Virus record (IMG/VR): IMGVR_UViG_3300031992_000067
Coordinates: 18,360 to 82,359 of that record
Length of the DNA stretch: 64,000 bases
Origin: a virus
Lineage: Duplodnaviria > Caudoviricetes
Reading direction: 5' to 3' (one strand)
Positions 6,765 to 16,474 of the stretch are shown piece after piece. The position numbers and the translations under genes are program-made. A model generated the notes under the pieces. The model did no database searches and was not told where the DNA came from. It saw nothing but the letters and a program-made list of their open reading frames with translations. Position 1 is the first letter of the stretch; every line of letters starts with the position of its first letter.

Positions 6765-7179
6765 TAAGTTCTGCCCCTACTGCGGGTCGCCTCTTGCAGG
6801 CGACGGCCGCTACTGCGACGCATGCGGGAGCGAAATGCTCCCCGGCGACGCGCTGACGGCGGATCAGCTCCGTAACTGGGTGCGCCTGCCCCAGTCGGGG
6901 TTGCTCTGGGCCTTTGGGCTCGGGGCGGCCTCGGTCGGCATCGGCTACATAATCAGCATCCTGTCCATGACGTCAGTCGGCATTATGGGCGCGATGCTGG
7001 TAATATCAGCCGGCGCGACCCTCTCGGCGGGAGTGGCCTTCGCCGGCTACCTTGTCATCCGGCACCTCTTCGGACATCTTGCGGCTCGTCCGCTTGACCG
7101 AATGCTGGGTGCGTCTCTCAGCATGGCCGCGGCCTTTGGCTTCTGGCCGCTTCTCGGGCTGCTCATGGCTGCCCTGTAA
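6757..7179 (+). CDS. Zinc-ribbon membrane protein
   Basis: N-terminal CPYCG...CDACG followed by about 3 hydrophobic segments; ATG 6757 with GGAGG RBS. Confidence 0.7.
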   Translation: MDSKFCPYCGSPLAGDGRYCDACGSEMLPGDALTADQLRNWVRLPQSGLLWAFGLGAASVGIGYIISILSMTSVGIMGAMLVISAGATLSAGVAFAGYLVIRHLFGHLAARPLDRMLGASLSMAAAFGFWPLLGLLMAAL

Positions 7180-7183
7180 CACC

Positions 7184-7269
7184 GAACCGACCTAATACCT
7201 GGCGGTTCCTTAGATTAGTTCCTTCGCTGGAACGAAATCTCTGGAACTGCCACGGTATTAGGCCGGTTC
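7184..7269 (+). other. Long intergenic hairpin (86 nt)
   Basis: GAACCGACCTAATACC pairs with GGTATTAGGCCGGTTC (1 mismatch), and TGGCGGTTCC pairs with GGAACTGCCA. Confidence 0.7.
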
Positions 7270-7321
7270 AAAACAAGGGATGGGTGGGAGAACCGTCCCC
7301 TTTACCTATTGGAGAAACACT

Positions 7322-7588
7322 ATGACAAACGGAACTGAGCATCTTACAACAACTGAAATCCAGCAGATCATCCAAAAAGAGCGAGACACATCCAAGAACC
7401 GTAACAGGTTCGTGTCGCTTATATCAATTGACTACGGGGCGCAAGACCCGCTTGCCACAGATCCGGACGACCTTGAGTTCTTCAAGGGCCGTTTCGTGGT
7501 AGCGCGGTTTTCTGACGGGACAGAGTACATCCCAGTGGAGAACATTCTCTCCATCGGATTCAAGTACGACAACGAACATGAGGACTAA
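7322..7588 (+). CDS. Hypothetical protein
   Basis: ATG 7322 after GGAGA RBS. Confidence 0.6.
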   Translation: MTNGTEHLTTTEIQQIIQKERDTSKNRNRFVSLISIDYGAQDPLATDPDDLEFFKGRFVVARFSDGTEYIPVENILSIGFKYDNEHED

Positions 7589-7591
7589 CAA

Positions 7592-7813
7592 GTGGAGATC
7601 ATACGCAACGAAGACCGCACCATCACACTTATGGCCAGTTGCCGGCTGTGCGGCGAGAAGCACCTCATAAAAGTGCGCCCGCAGGATTTGGACGCGTGGA
7701 ATGACGGATCGCATTGTCAGGACGCCTTCCCATACCTTTCTCCGGGCGAGCGTGAGATGCTGATATCGCACACCTGCGACAAGTGCTGGAGCAAGATTTT
7801 CAGCGAGGAGTAG
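7592..7813 (+). CDS. Small Cys-rich (CxxC...CxxC) protein
   Basis: CRLC...CDKC; GTG start. Confidence 0.6.
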   Translation: MEIIRNEDRTITLMASCRLCGEKHLIKVRPQDLDAWNDGSHCQDAFPYLSPGEREMLISHTCDKCWSKIFSEE

Positions 7814-7816
7814 ACA

Positions 7817-8065
7817 ATGGCTAAAACATACTACATCGTTGAGACGGGCGCAATCAGCAACGCCGGCCGCGGCGAGCAGATCGTGGCTAACGTTCTTTTC
7901 GGGTCATTTTCCAGAAAGAACGCGGCGGAAAGAAAGATCCGCGAATACTGGGAAAAACATTATTCAGACGCTGCGGACGTCCCGTTTGACGACAAATTTC
8001 ACAAGTTCTACATCGAGGATGGAGACAGCGTCTGGACCGTACTCATAGCGGAAAGGAACTCATGA
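7817..8065 (+). CDS. Hypothetical protein
   Basis: ORF with RBS, tight spacing. Confidence 0.6.
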   Translation: MAKTYYIVETGAISNAGRGEQIVANVLFGSFSRKNAAERKIREYWEKHYSDAADVPFDDKFHKFYIEDGDSVWTVLIAERNS

Positions 8066-8439
8066 AACGTGACGTATGCGGGGTCTACACGGCCCTTGAG
8101 GAACGGGCCAAGCTCGAGACGTCCCACTGGGACTTCAACGCCTGGTACCAGGACGGTGTCGACTGCTATCTGGCGCGTGAGGTCATCTACCTGTGCCTGG
8201 AGTGGAACGAGCCGGAGAAAACCGGCATATCATTCGACAAGTACACGGACTACCAGATCGCGCTGATGGCCTGGGAGTACAACCAGGAGATGGACGACTT
8301 TACGCGTTTCTGGAATTCCGACGAGACGAAACTGGAGGTGCTGAAGGAGTGCAAGCTCTGGATACAGAATGCATATCCTCAAGTTGAAGGATGGTTCGGG
8401 AGGGACGACAATGGAGACAACGGAAACGATGACGAATGA
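8062..8439 (+). CDS. Hypothetical protein
   Basis: ATGA overlap. Confidence 0.6.
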   Translation: MKRDVCGVYTALEERAKLETSHWDFNAWYQDGVDCYLAREVIYLCLEWNEPEKTGISFDKYTDYQIALMAWEYNQEMDDFTRFWNSDETKLEVLKECKLWIQNAYPQVEGWFGRDDNGDNGNDDE

Positions 8440-9211
8440 CACACACGGCGCAGCCGGCAAGGGCTGGTACGGGTTCGACCTCGACGGTACACTGGCCATG
8501 TACGACGGATGGAAAGGCATCGACCATATAGGCGAGCCAATCACCCCGATGGTCCAGCTCATGAAGCGTATGCACGACGCCGGCGATGTCGTCAAGATCA
8601 TGACGGCCCGCGTGGCACCGAGGGACGTTCCGGAGCTGCGGCCCAACCCATACTTCGAGTCCGGAGTACCTGGTTACGTCCGTCAGAATGACAGCACGCT
8701 GAAGTACCTGTACCACACGCGCCTTTGGAATGCCAAGACATTCATCATGGATTGGTGTCTTAAGAACCTCAGGTTCATCCCAGAGATCACGCACCAGAAG
8801 GACGGGCTGATGATAACCCTGTACGACGACCGCGTGAAGCAGGTCGTGCCGAATGAGGGAATTCTTGTAGAGGACATGGTTCCGAAACCTGAGCCAGACT
8901 CTAACTGGGAAGACACATGTGCGAAGTGCATGGACGGCGAGATAGAGCCTCTTCAGTGCAAGTACTATGGAGACCCCAACGGGTGCAATTCGCCTATGTA
9001 CGGCTGTCATCCCAAGATGTGTTCCTGGGATGGCGGCGCCGTGTACATGGCGTTGCGCAACTTGGTAGACGCGGTTCACGACTACCACGAGAACGCGGCG
9101 AAGTACGTCGGGAAAAGCGTGCTTTCCGTGCTGGCTCCGCAGCTGAATGCCGCGACAGACGCGCTTTCCACGTGGCGGACGAAGCAGGTCAAGGAAGAAG
9201 GTGAGCAATGA
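8429..9211 (+). CDS. HAD-superfamily phosphatase (polynucleotide 3'-phosphatase-like) with C-terminal extension
   Basis: DLDGTLA motif I, IMTAR motif II, K...LYDDR motifs III/IV; start uncertain. Confidence 0.75.
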   Translation: MTNDTHGAAGKGWYGFDLDGTLAMYDGWKGIDHIGEPITPMVQLMKRMHDAGDVVKIMTARVAPRDVPELRPNPYFESGVPGYVRQNDSTLKYLYHTRLWNAKTFIMDWCLKNLRFIPEITHQKDGLMITLYDDRVKQVVPNEGILVEDMVPKPEPDSNWEDTCAKCMDGEIEPLQCKYYGDPNGCNSPMYGCHPKMCSWDGGAVYMALRNLVDAVHDYHENAAKYVGKSVLSVLAPQLNAATDALSTWRTKQVKEEGEQ

Positions 9212-9807
9212 CCAGTAAGAGTCCTACTCCGTGGACGCTCGACCTGGACAAGGTCGGGCCTGAATTCACGGATTGGCCGATTCGTGACGCGAACGGCAAC
9301 CCGGTTGTCCAGACCGATTCTGGCTGCTACCCGCCGGACAACGAGACGGCCGCAATGATTGTGGAAGCTGTCAATGAACACGCGATGGCAAGCAGAAATT
9401 TCAGAATCGAGCTCGACATCAAGGACAGCGAGGGTGACGCACGGTACGATTACACTGAGGAATACCTGGTGTCGTCTGACGTGAAGCCGGATGGATTTGA
9501 AGATGCTGTGAAGGAGTTTAAGAACCGTGTCAAGGCGGCCATCTCCGATCTTGTCACTGTTGACCCGGATCTGGCGGAATACATCGTGTGCAACTACGGA
9601 TACGCCAGTGGCATTAACTTAGACGACCCGGAGGATTTTCTACCATACATTCTAAACAACTTCCCGCTGAGGGGAGTCGTGCAGATACCATCTGAGATTC
9701 TATTGAAACACGGAATCAAGGCGGTTGCACCTCCGGAATACCAACTTGTATCGTACGACGACTCGTTAATTTTCGAGGAAGACGATGAATGTTCCGGTGA
9801 AGGATGA
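9208..9807 (+). CDS. Hypothetical protein
   Basis: ATGA overlap, 199 aa. Confidence 0.6.
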   Translation: MTSKSPTPWTLDLDKVGPEFTDWPIRDANGNPVVQTDSGCYPPDNETAAMIVEAVNEHAMASRNFRIELDIKDSEGDARYDYTEEYLVSSDVKPDGFEDAVKEFKNRVKAAISDLVTVDPDLAEYIVCNYGYASGINLDDPEDFLPYILNNFPLRGVVQIPSEILLKHGIKAVAPPEYQLVSYDDSLIFEEDDECSGEG

Positions 9808-10048
9808 AGTCACTATCCCATGGATAAGCACCAGGGAGATACCCGCGGTCAAGCTCATGCTCTCCGCGTGGCGGAAGCTGAGGCGAGACCCCGAGGCCAG
9901 AAGGCGCAAGGCCGAGTTCGTGTCTTCCATCACCAACGTGGACAGCGTGGCTGTCGACGAGACGGCCGGGATGTGCGCGGAGTTCATGGAGGAGCTGGCG
10001 CTGTTACATGAACGTGTAAAGAAGGAGAAGAAAAATGGCAAGCGATAA
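9785..10048 (+). CDS. Hypothetical protein
   Basis: ORF in operon. Confidence 0.55.
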   Translation: MNVPVKDEVTIPWISTREIPAVKLMLSAWRKLRRDPEARRRKAEFVSSITNVDSVAVDETAGMCAEFMEELALLHERVKKEKKNGKR

Positions 10049-10559
10049 AGATCTGGCATTCGACTTTTGCCTGAATCTGGCGGGTCGAGTCGCCACAACG
10101 AAGGTGAGGCTGTACAATATCATCAGGGATGTAGGGTACGGCAAGCTATCGGCTGACCGTGCCCTTCACCAGCTCATCGAGGACTACCACGAGCTTGGCA
10201 GGACGGTCGACTCAATGCACGACCTCGCGGACAAGATAGACGAACTGGCCGTAACGGGGGCCGACTCGCAGAAGGACGACGATTACGACACGGGATTCTA
10301 CGTGATTGACATGCCGAAATGGAAGGAGGTCACGCGCAGCAGGACCAGGGGCAAAAACCACCCCAGGCTTACAAGACGCGACCTCTACAACGGCCGAATG
10401 GACATCGCCGAGTGCAATTACGCGCACGAGTTCATGTGCAATGCGTTTCCGTCGGATGATGACCCAGACCGCCCGTCGAAGGATAGGTGGCTCGACATGG
10501 CGCCATACCCATTCGAGGTTGATGAGTTCCTGTCCGAGAAACTGTTTCCGAGGACTTGA
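10035..10559 (+). CDS. Hypothetical protein
   Basis: ORF in operon with RBS. Confidence 0.6.
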   Translation: MASDKDLAFDFCLNLAGRVATTKVRLYNIIRDVGYGKLSADRALHQLIEDYHELGRTVDSMHDLADKIDELAVTGADSQKDDDYDTGFYVIDMPKWKEVTRSRTRGKNHPRLTRRDLYNGRMDIAECNYAHEFMCNAFPSDDDPDRPSKDRWLDMAPYPFEVDEFLSEKLFPRT

Positions 10560-10561
10560 AG

Positions 10562-10852
10562 ATGAGTAGCTACACCGAAATCAGAATCGACCGGTGCCCC
10601 ATGTGCAGGCGCCGGCCGTCCGTGCACTGGGACCGGTCTCCGGGCGGGGCGTCCGTAAAGATTGTCTGCAAACCTATTTTTGGCGCCATGCACATGGAGG
10701 TTGAGCGGGGAGGCGCGTCCGACTCGTGGGCCATGGCCAAGGCCATGCAGGCCTGGAACATGAAGGCCGCAAGAGTCAAGAAGGCGCTAACCGACCCGGT
10801 CGACGAGATGAAGTGTTGGAATCCTCAGAAACGGAGGTTTGAGACTGTATGA
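10562..10852 (+). CDS. Lar-like (restriction alleviation family-like) zinc protein, tentative
   Basis: RCPMC near N-terminus and AMQAWN near C-terminus. Confidence 0.4.
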   Translation: MSSYTEIRIDRCPMCRRRPSVHWDRSPGGASVKIVCKPIFGAMHMEVERGGASDSWAMAKAMQAWNMKAARVKKALTDPVDEMKCWNPQKRRFETV

Positions 10853-11028
10853 ACATGGACACTGAAAAGGATGCGGTTCTGCCGCACTGGCACAAGTACG
10901 AGACGTCTGGGCTCTTCAACTACGTTCCCGACTGCGGGAAGGAACCGAAGAACCCGAAGTTCGCAAGGCCCAGCCAGAAAAAGATCCGCCTGAACAAACG
11001 CCGGGTCAACGGAGGCAAGAGGAAGTGA
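10849..11028 (+). CDS. Small basic hypothetical protein (59 aa, not in ORF track)
   Basis: ATGA and GTGA overlaps at both ends; frame checked open. Confidence 0.55.
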   Translation: MNMDTEKDAVLPHWHKYETSGLFNYVPDCGKEPKNPKFARPSQKKIRLNKRRVNGGKRK

Positions 11029-11681
11029 AAGTGGATTCACGAAAGTACCCCGAACTGGTAATGACTGACGATGAACTGTTCAATACCAGCCCGAACTGGG
11101 ACGTGATGAACGAATTTGTGACCGGGATCATGGATTATTGCCAGGCGGCCGGGTTTAAGGTCGGTCCTATCGCGGCAGCAGAAGACTTCATCCCGGAATG
11201 CCTTCAGCACCTGTACCAGGAGTGGCACTGCTTCGGCGAGTTCACGAGAGACTCGTTTACGCTTGCGATGCTCAACGGGTGGATGAATGAATGGCGTGAC
11301 CTCATTGAAAACGGCAACGCCACCGACGATCTGCTTGATAACAGGAGGTCGTACACGATAAGAGATGCCAGAAGACGGGCAAGGTATGCGTTCATGCGCG
11401 TCAAAAACCACGACGGCTGCGGAAGCGCCGCCGAGTTCAGGAAGCTTGTCAACGACAACGTCCGCAGCTGGGTGCGCGAACAGCTCCGCAAGCGTGAGGA
11501 GGCCAGCGCACACAGGGCGAAGCTGGCCCAGACGGTGAGGGTGCGCCTTCGCAAGTCCGACATAGACCTCCTGTCAGGAATGCTAAAGGACGGAAAGAAC
11601 GTCAGCTTCCAGAAAGAGTTCGCGGACAGGGTCGTCGCGTGCCTGTCCGGAGACGAGAACGCGGCATTGGAGGGATTATGA
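11025..11681 (+). CDS. Hypothetical protein
   Basis: GTGA overlap, 218 aa. Confidence 0.6.
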   Translation: MKVDSRKYPELVMTDDELFNTSPNWDVMNEFVTGIMDYCQAAGFKVGPIAAAEDFIPECLQHLYQEWHCFGEFTRDSFTLAMLNGWMNEWRDLIENGNATDDLLDNRRSYTIRDARRRARYAFMRVKNHDGCGSAAEFRKLVNDNVRSWVREQLRKREEASAHRAKLAQTVRVRLRKSDIDLLSGMLKDGKNVSFQKEFADRVVACLSGDENAALEGL

Positions 11682-12136
11682 AACCTATTGATACGCCAGC
11701 CCTTATGGAGCTGAAATGTGCGAACTGTTCGCGCTACCGGTGCTCCAAGGAAGGCGGCGTGTACTGCCGCCGTGGGGTGACCGGAGTGGCGGCCGAGCGC
11801 CCAGCGTGCCCTGAGTTCATCTTCTCAAAGGAGATGACGGAGAAGAGGCTTCAGCACTGGCGCGAGTTTGTAAACGGATTTGGCACAGCCGACAAGCTTG
11901 ACATGCTCAGGAACCCGTTCTCACAACCTGAGCCAAACCATTTCGAGACCGCCGTGGACCACATGCTTGAAGAGCTGTCGTGGTCCGAGGGGAACCTGAA
12001 GGAGTGGTATCAGGACTCGGTGGACAGAACTGTCGAACCGGTATGGACAGACAAGCACATCGAGGAGGTATGCAAGGACTTCTATCTTGTGCCAAGGCCA
12101 AGGAGGGACAATGGGGAGGAAAAGGAAAACAGCTGA
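11678..12136 (+). CDS. Hypothetical protein with N-terminal Cys cluster
   Basis: CANCSRYRC...C...C; ATGA overlap. Confidence 0.6.
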   Translation: MKPIDTPALMELKCANCSRYRCSKEGGVYCRRGVTGVAAERPACPEFIFSKEMTEKRLQHWREFVNGFGTADKLDMLRNPFSQPEPNHFETAVDHMLEELSWSEGNLKEWYQDSVDRTVEPVWTDKHIEEVCKDFYLVPRPRRDNGEEKENS

Positions 12137-12476
12137 TGCCACGGTCGTAAAAGACAAGGCCAAAGCTTCGAAGCCCAAGAAGCTCAGGGTGGTGTTCCCG
12201 CAGGAGCACCGGGAGCACATAGCCAGAATTCTTCGGAATACCTTCATGCACTGTGGGCTCTCGATGGAGCAGGCCGACAAGGCCCGCACCGCCGGTTCGC
12301 AGGGAATGCAGAAGTGGATCGAGTGGTGGATCGGCAGGCACACCGACTACCTTGAGACCAAGAAGTCCGGAAGAATCACCAACTCCCAGATCCTGCAGGG
12401 GCTGGGAGCCTGGATTTACTACAAGTCAACCGTGGAGGTCGTCGACAAACTCGGACCTACCGCCGCGGATGAATAG
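12111..12476 (+). CDS. Hypothetical protein
   Basis: ATG after GGAGG RBS. Confidence 0.55.
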   Translation: MGRKRKTADATVVKDKAKASKPKKLRVVFPQEHREHIARILRNTFMHCGLSMEQADKARTAGSQGMQKWIEWWIGRHTDYLETKKSGRITNSQILQGLGAWIYYKSTVEVVDKLGPTAADE

Positions 12477-12485
12477 GAGAAGACA

Positions 12486-13067
12486 ATGCCTAAGTTTACA
12501 ATTGTAGAAATCACCGACTGGGAGCGGGACGAGCATGAAATGGCCGGTGACGGCTGTCACATGCCGGAGTCGGAGATACTGTACCGGCTTGCCAAGGAAA
12601 CCGAGGAAAAGGTCGAGAACAACAAATGGCCAGGTCTTCCGTTTACCTGTGAGACAGAAGACGAGGATGCGGCGCTAGAGAAGTACCGCATGAAGTTCTG
12701 CGACGGGGACTACATAGTTCCGATCGGCGCGGACATAGAGAAAGTCGCTTACAGAGTTGTCTGGAGCAACGAGCACTGCGCCGACGCGTTCGACGCCGGC
12801 GACGACCTTGATTCAGCCAAGGAGGAGGCGCTCAACCTCCTTCGCGCCTGGATGTCCCAGTTCATGGAGGAGTTCCACGAGGACCGCGCCGCGGCATGGG
12901 ACATGATGATCCTGAACTCCGAAGTCGGGGTGTACGAGTGCGACAGCGAGGAGGCGGCATGGGAGCCCGACGACAATGACCTGTCCAAAATCGGATGGGT
13001 TGTGTCCGACGAGCTCGACGACGACATGAAAAAGACCTATCTTGGAAAACTGGAGGACAAGCCATGA
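12486..13067 (+). CDS. Hypothetical acidic protein
   Basis: AGGAG RBS, 193 aa. Confidence 0.65.
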   Translation: MPKFTIVEITDWERDEHEMAGDGCHMPESEILYRLAKETEEKVENNKWPGLPFTCETEDEDAALEKYRMKFCDGDYIVPIGADIEKVAYRVVWSNEHCADAFDAGDDLDSAKEEALNLLRAWMSQFMEEFHEDRAAAWDMMILNSEVGVYECDSEEAAWEPDDNDLSKIGWVVSDELDDDMKKTYLGKLEDKP

Positions 13068-14047
13068 TCTATTTCATTACGAAAGCCGAGGCGAAGAGTC
13101 TTCTGACGCCCGACGAGCACGGCAAGTACCACGGTCCAAAACCCGGAATGGAGTTCGACTGGTACCTGGTGTTCGATGATCCGGGATGGACGGCGATCGA
13201 CAACTCCAGCGGCGACGCGTGGACGGAGGACTTCAAAACCATTGAAGATGCCATTCGGTGGCTGGAGTCCGGGGAGTCAAAGGAGGACATGTACGATGAA
13301 TATGAAAAGAAAGAGGATGAACCAGCGACGCTCGCCAACAGCGGGAATTCGGAACGCGACTACTCAGCCGACGATGGAGAAACAGACAACTTGAAGCACG
13401 ACTTCGAGACGGCCTTCGACCAGGACCGGCTTCTCCATCTCCACGAGTCCGACGTTGATCTGACTGGGTTGATAACAGACTTCTATGAGAAAGAGACTGG
13501 TCAGTCATGCGTATCCTGGGGTGCTTGTGGTGAAGAGGCGGAACGCTACGGCGTGGAGATCAGCGAAGACCTGCCAAGGCCTGATGAGTTCCAGACATTC
13601 GGATATACCGAGGACTTCTGGAAATGGATGGGTGAAATAGAGGGCAAGGCCATCGAGTCAGGGGCTGAGACCGTATTTGAAATGGCGTCCTTCTTCCTGG
13701 GGTACCTGATGCCTGAGGCTGCCGAGAGGCGAGGGAAGAAACTGCTTGAGAAACTCGCCAATGAGGAGCCGTCAGGAGACGGACCGCACAAGCCCACGCT
13801 CGGAGAATTGCTTCCGCTGATCTACGGGGCGGTAGAGGTCCATACCATGAAGCCAGGACCATTGACATGGAGTGCGTGGTTCAAGGACTCGGCCGAAGCC
13901 GTGGAGGCGCTGAGCAAGTACGAGGACGGGAAACTGCTCGGGCAAGAGGTAGTGACCGTCATGGCGTACTCCGCCAACGCGACGCTCACGAACGGGTCGA
14001 CATGTCTCGACGGTGATCCGAAAACCGTCGTGAGTGTAGCCGGGTAG
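13064..14047 (+). CDS. Hypothetical acidic, probably multidomain protein
   Basis: ATGA overlap; ends convergent with the terminase gene. Confidence 0.65.
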   Translation: MIYFITKAEAKSLLTPDEHGKYHGPKPGMEFDWYLVFDDPGWTAIDNSSGDAWTEDFKTIEDAIRWLESGESKEDMYDEYEKKEDEPATLANSGNSERDYSADDGETDNLKHDFETAFDQDRLLHLHESDVDLTGLITDFYEKETGQSCVSWGACGEEAERYGVEISEDLPRPDEFQTFGYTEDFWKWMGEIEGKAIESGAETVFEMASFFLGYLMPEAAERRGKKLLEKLANEEPSGDGPHKPTLGELLPLIYGAVEVHTMKPGPLTWSAWFKDSAEAVEALSKYEDGKLLGQEVVTVMAYSANATLTNGSTCLDGDPKTVVSVAG

Positions 14048-14048
14048 C

Positions 14049-15953
14049 CTATTCCCGGGCCATGTAGTCCTTCGGGTCAACCAGGACATCCTTGGGCTTT
14101 CCGACCGCGATGCCGCCGGAGAAGGCGGACTGCGGGATGAGGTCGAGGATGTCCAGGCCGGCTACCTTTACAGCGGCCATGAGGACAAAGCACAGAGCCA
14201 TCGCAAAGTCGTCAGGTCTTGCGGGATCCCGGTGATACACAATTGTCGTAAGCCCGCCTGACTCTATGATGTGCTCGAACGGTGACAGCAGGTCTGCGGT
14301 GTACGGCTCGAACTCAAGGTACGGCGGAAAGTATATCCTGCCGTACTTTATGGCCAGGAACATCGCCCTAAGCCCGGAGGTCTTGTCAATGGTCCACCGT
14401 TCGTTGCCGCGGTTTGTTGTGGAGAAGCCCAGAGGCGTATTCTGACGCACAAAGTTCATCTGCACAACTGGTATTTCGAACCGGTCCATCATGATCAAGT
14501 TGTTCTGGAACCCCAGCCCGTAGTCGGCGGCCATTATCCCGCACTTGTACAGACGATGGGCCTTGGCTATGTTCAGGAACATGCGGTCTGGGTCAAAGGC
14601 GTGGTACCGCTGTGCGTATAGCACGTCCACACGGCCGTCCAGGCGTATTCCAATGATAACGTGGACCGTGAATGAGCTTTCCTCCGCGCCGCCCCAGTCA
14701 ACACCAGAAAGGGTCATGGCGTAACGGTCTAGATTGTTTCTGAGAACTTCCATGGACGGGAGCGTGGACTGCTTCCTGATGTGGGTCTCGTCGATGATGC
14801 GGGTTCCGGAAGATTCTGAAATCCCGAACACCTCCTGCATGACCAGCGATTCCGGCAGCTTCTGGATGTCAGCCCAGATCTGCCCCCACCGGCCCTCGTC
14901 CTCGACCATGAACGGCACCACTATCTGGGGGATGTGGAAGCCGCGGAACGACATGTCCTTCTCCGGAGCGAACGCAATCCAGCGTCCTTGGCGGACGTCC
15001 AGCTTGCCACGGCACCGTGGGTTGACGCAGTGCACTCCGTCCGGCTGCGGCATGTCCATTATCCGGCCGTCCTTTGTCGGAATGTTCTCATAGCCGCAAT
15101 GCGGGCACTTCATGACCCATTCGCGCTTGGAGCTTTGCTGCCATAGCCGCTCTATGGTGTTGTCAAGCGTTTTTGCAGTGCCCGTGAACTTGCGGATTCC
15201 GTACTTTGACGCCTTCAGGGACTGGGATATGATCGGGACCGAGTCGAAGAGCTGGTCCTGGATCTCGTCGAAGTCTATTCTGTCGGCCATGATGCCGCGT
15301 GCGCGGTCAGGGGATGTCTTCGCGTACATGAGCTGAAGGCCGGCGCCGTTTGCAAACGACTGGTGGCCGACGGCCTTCATGATCTTTGAATCTGCAAGGA
15401 CGCCCTCCAACTCCTTGGACTGAAGCTTCAACGCGAAAGGACAGGACTGGATGGCCTCCTTGATATACAGCGTCGAGTAGCGTTGCGCCTGAGACTGCAG
15501 GGGCGCAACGTACAAGAGCTGCATGTTGGGAGTGGTGATGCAATCGAAAATCTCACTATAGCTGAGGCTCTTTGACTTGGATACCTGACGACCGCAGCAC
15601 AGTATCGTGTTGCGCACGTACTCCTTGTCGAAGAACTCCCTCATCTGTATGTGGTCCTTCAAAGTGTATGGCGCGCCACCCAGCTTAAACAGGAATGGAA
15701 GTAAATCTGCACGACGCATGTCCCGGAATCTGCTGACAAGGTCCGGGCGCGTGAATTGAAACAACAGGTCAGGTAAGGAAAGGCCACTCGAAAATGAGGG
15801 ATCCAAACCACCTGAAATACCGCCGACGTTACAAGAATTCACACCGTAGCCGTCAGCCACGCCCCCCTGAGTTTCCCGAGAAGTTCGGAATGAGGGAGGC
15901 GATTGGCGTATGCCGGCTTTCGCTTGCTGAATGCTTGCTGTCTGTGGTATCAT
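14049..15953 (-). CDS. terL: Terminase large subunit (GpA-like)
   Basis: Walker A-like GRQVSKS, LLYVAP, Walker B RIDFDEIQD, TGTAKT coupling motif, CPHC zinc motif, nuclease GVDWGG. Confidence 0.85.
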   Translation of the reverse strand: MIPQTASIQQAKAGIRQSPPSFRTSRETQGGVADGYGVNSCNVGGISGGLDPSFSSGLSLPDLLFQFTRPDLVSRFRDMRRADLLPFLFKLGGAPYTLKDHIQMREFFDKEYVRNTILCCGRQVSKSKSLSYSEIFDCITTPNMQLLYVAPLQSQAQRYSTLYIKEAIQSCPFALKLQSKELEGVLADSKIMKAVGHQSFANGAGLQLMYAKTSPDRARGIMADRIDFDEIQDQLFDSVPIISQSLKASKYGIRKFTGTAKTLDNTIERLWQQSSKREWVMKCPHCGYENIPTKDGRIMDMPQPDGVHCVNPRCRGKLDVRQGRWIAFAPEKDMSFRGFHIPQIVVPFMVEDEGRWGQIWADIQKLPESLVMQEVFGISESSGTRIIDETHIRKQSTLPSMEVLRNNLDRYAMTLSGVDWGGAEESSFTVHVIIGIRLDGRVDVLYAQRYHAFDPDRMFLNIAKAHRLYKCGIMAADYGLGFQNNLIMMDRFEIPVVQMNFVRQNTPLGFSTTNRGNERWTIDKTSGLRAMFLAIKYGRIYFPPYLEFEPYTADLLSPFEHIIESGGLTTIVYHRDPARPDDFAMALCFVLMAAVKVAGLDILDLIPQSAFSGGIAVGKPKDVLVDPKDYMARE

Positions 15954-16057
15954 GTATCTCCAGGTTCAATAGAGTGCGCAACTCTATAAGATACACCATT
16001 TAGGATGAAAGGTCAACCTGGAAGCCTTGATTCCGACTCTGCAAGGAGTAAAACGCA

Positions 16058-16345
16058 ATGAATCTCAACCCGATCCGCCCATGCGATGGACGTGACAACT
16101 GTTCTGCAACTCCGCCGCCGCGGCCTAAGATACGCGTACGCAGAAGCAAGTCAGCCCTTCTATACCTCAGGGTGCAGGACGCCCGGAGAAGCGAAGAAGG
16201 CAGAAAGTGCGGCTGCGCAAGGTGTCTGGGGCAACGTCTTGGAAAACGTGACCGCCGTTACGGCTTCCCGAAGCGGTATGGTTTGAAGACCACTGTGACG
16301 ACACGCAGGGTGGACAGGGTTGACCCGGTGAGAAAGCTGTACTGA
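16058..16345 (+). CDS. Small basic Cys-containing hypothetical protein
   Basis: AAGGAG RBS; otherwise uncertain. Confidence 0.4.
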   Translation: MNLNPIRPCDGRDNCSATPPPRPKIRVRRSKSALLYLRVQDARRSEEGRKCGCARCLGQRLGKRDRRYGFPKRYGLKTTVTTRRVDRVDPVRKLY

Positions 16346-16455
16346 TGCTCGCATTGACATTACTTGGTGGCGTATATTGCTATCTTCTGTACGGTCCATT
16401 CCTGAGGGAGTCCGGCAGGGCGTGCAAGGCGCTTGAGAAGAAGCTGTCTGAATAG
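16345..16455 (+). CDS. Small membrane peptide (36 aa)
   Basis: TGATG overlap; MLALTLLGGVYCYLLYGPF hydrophobic N-terminus. Confidence 0.35.
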   Translation: MLALTLLGGVYCYLLYGPFLRESGRACKALEKKLSE

Positions 16456-16474
16456 CGGCGCACACAATTCAACC

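Noticed and set aside
16354-16378. TTGACA...TATATT as a sigma70 promoter
   Set aside because: The spacer is only 13 bp and the site lies within a plausible small ORF
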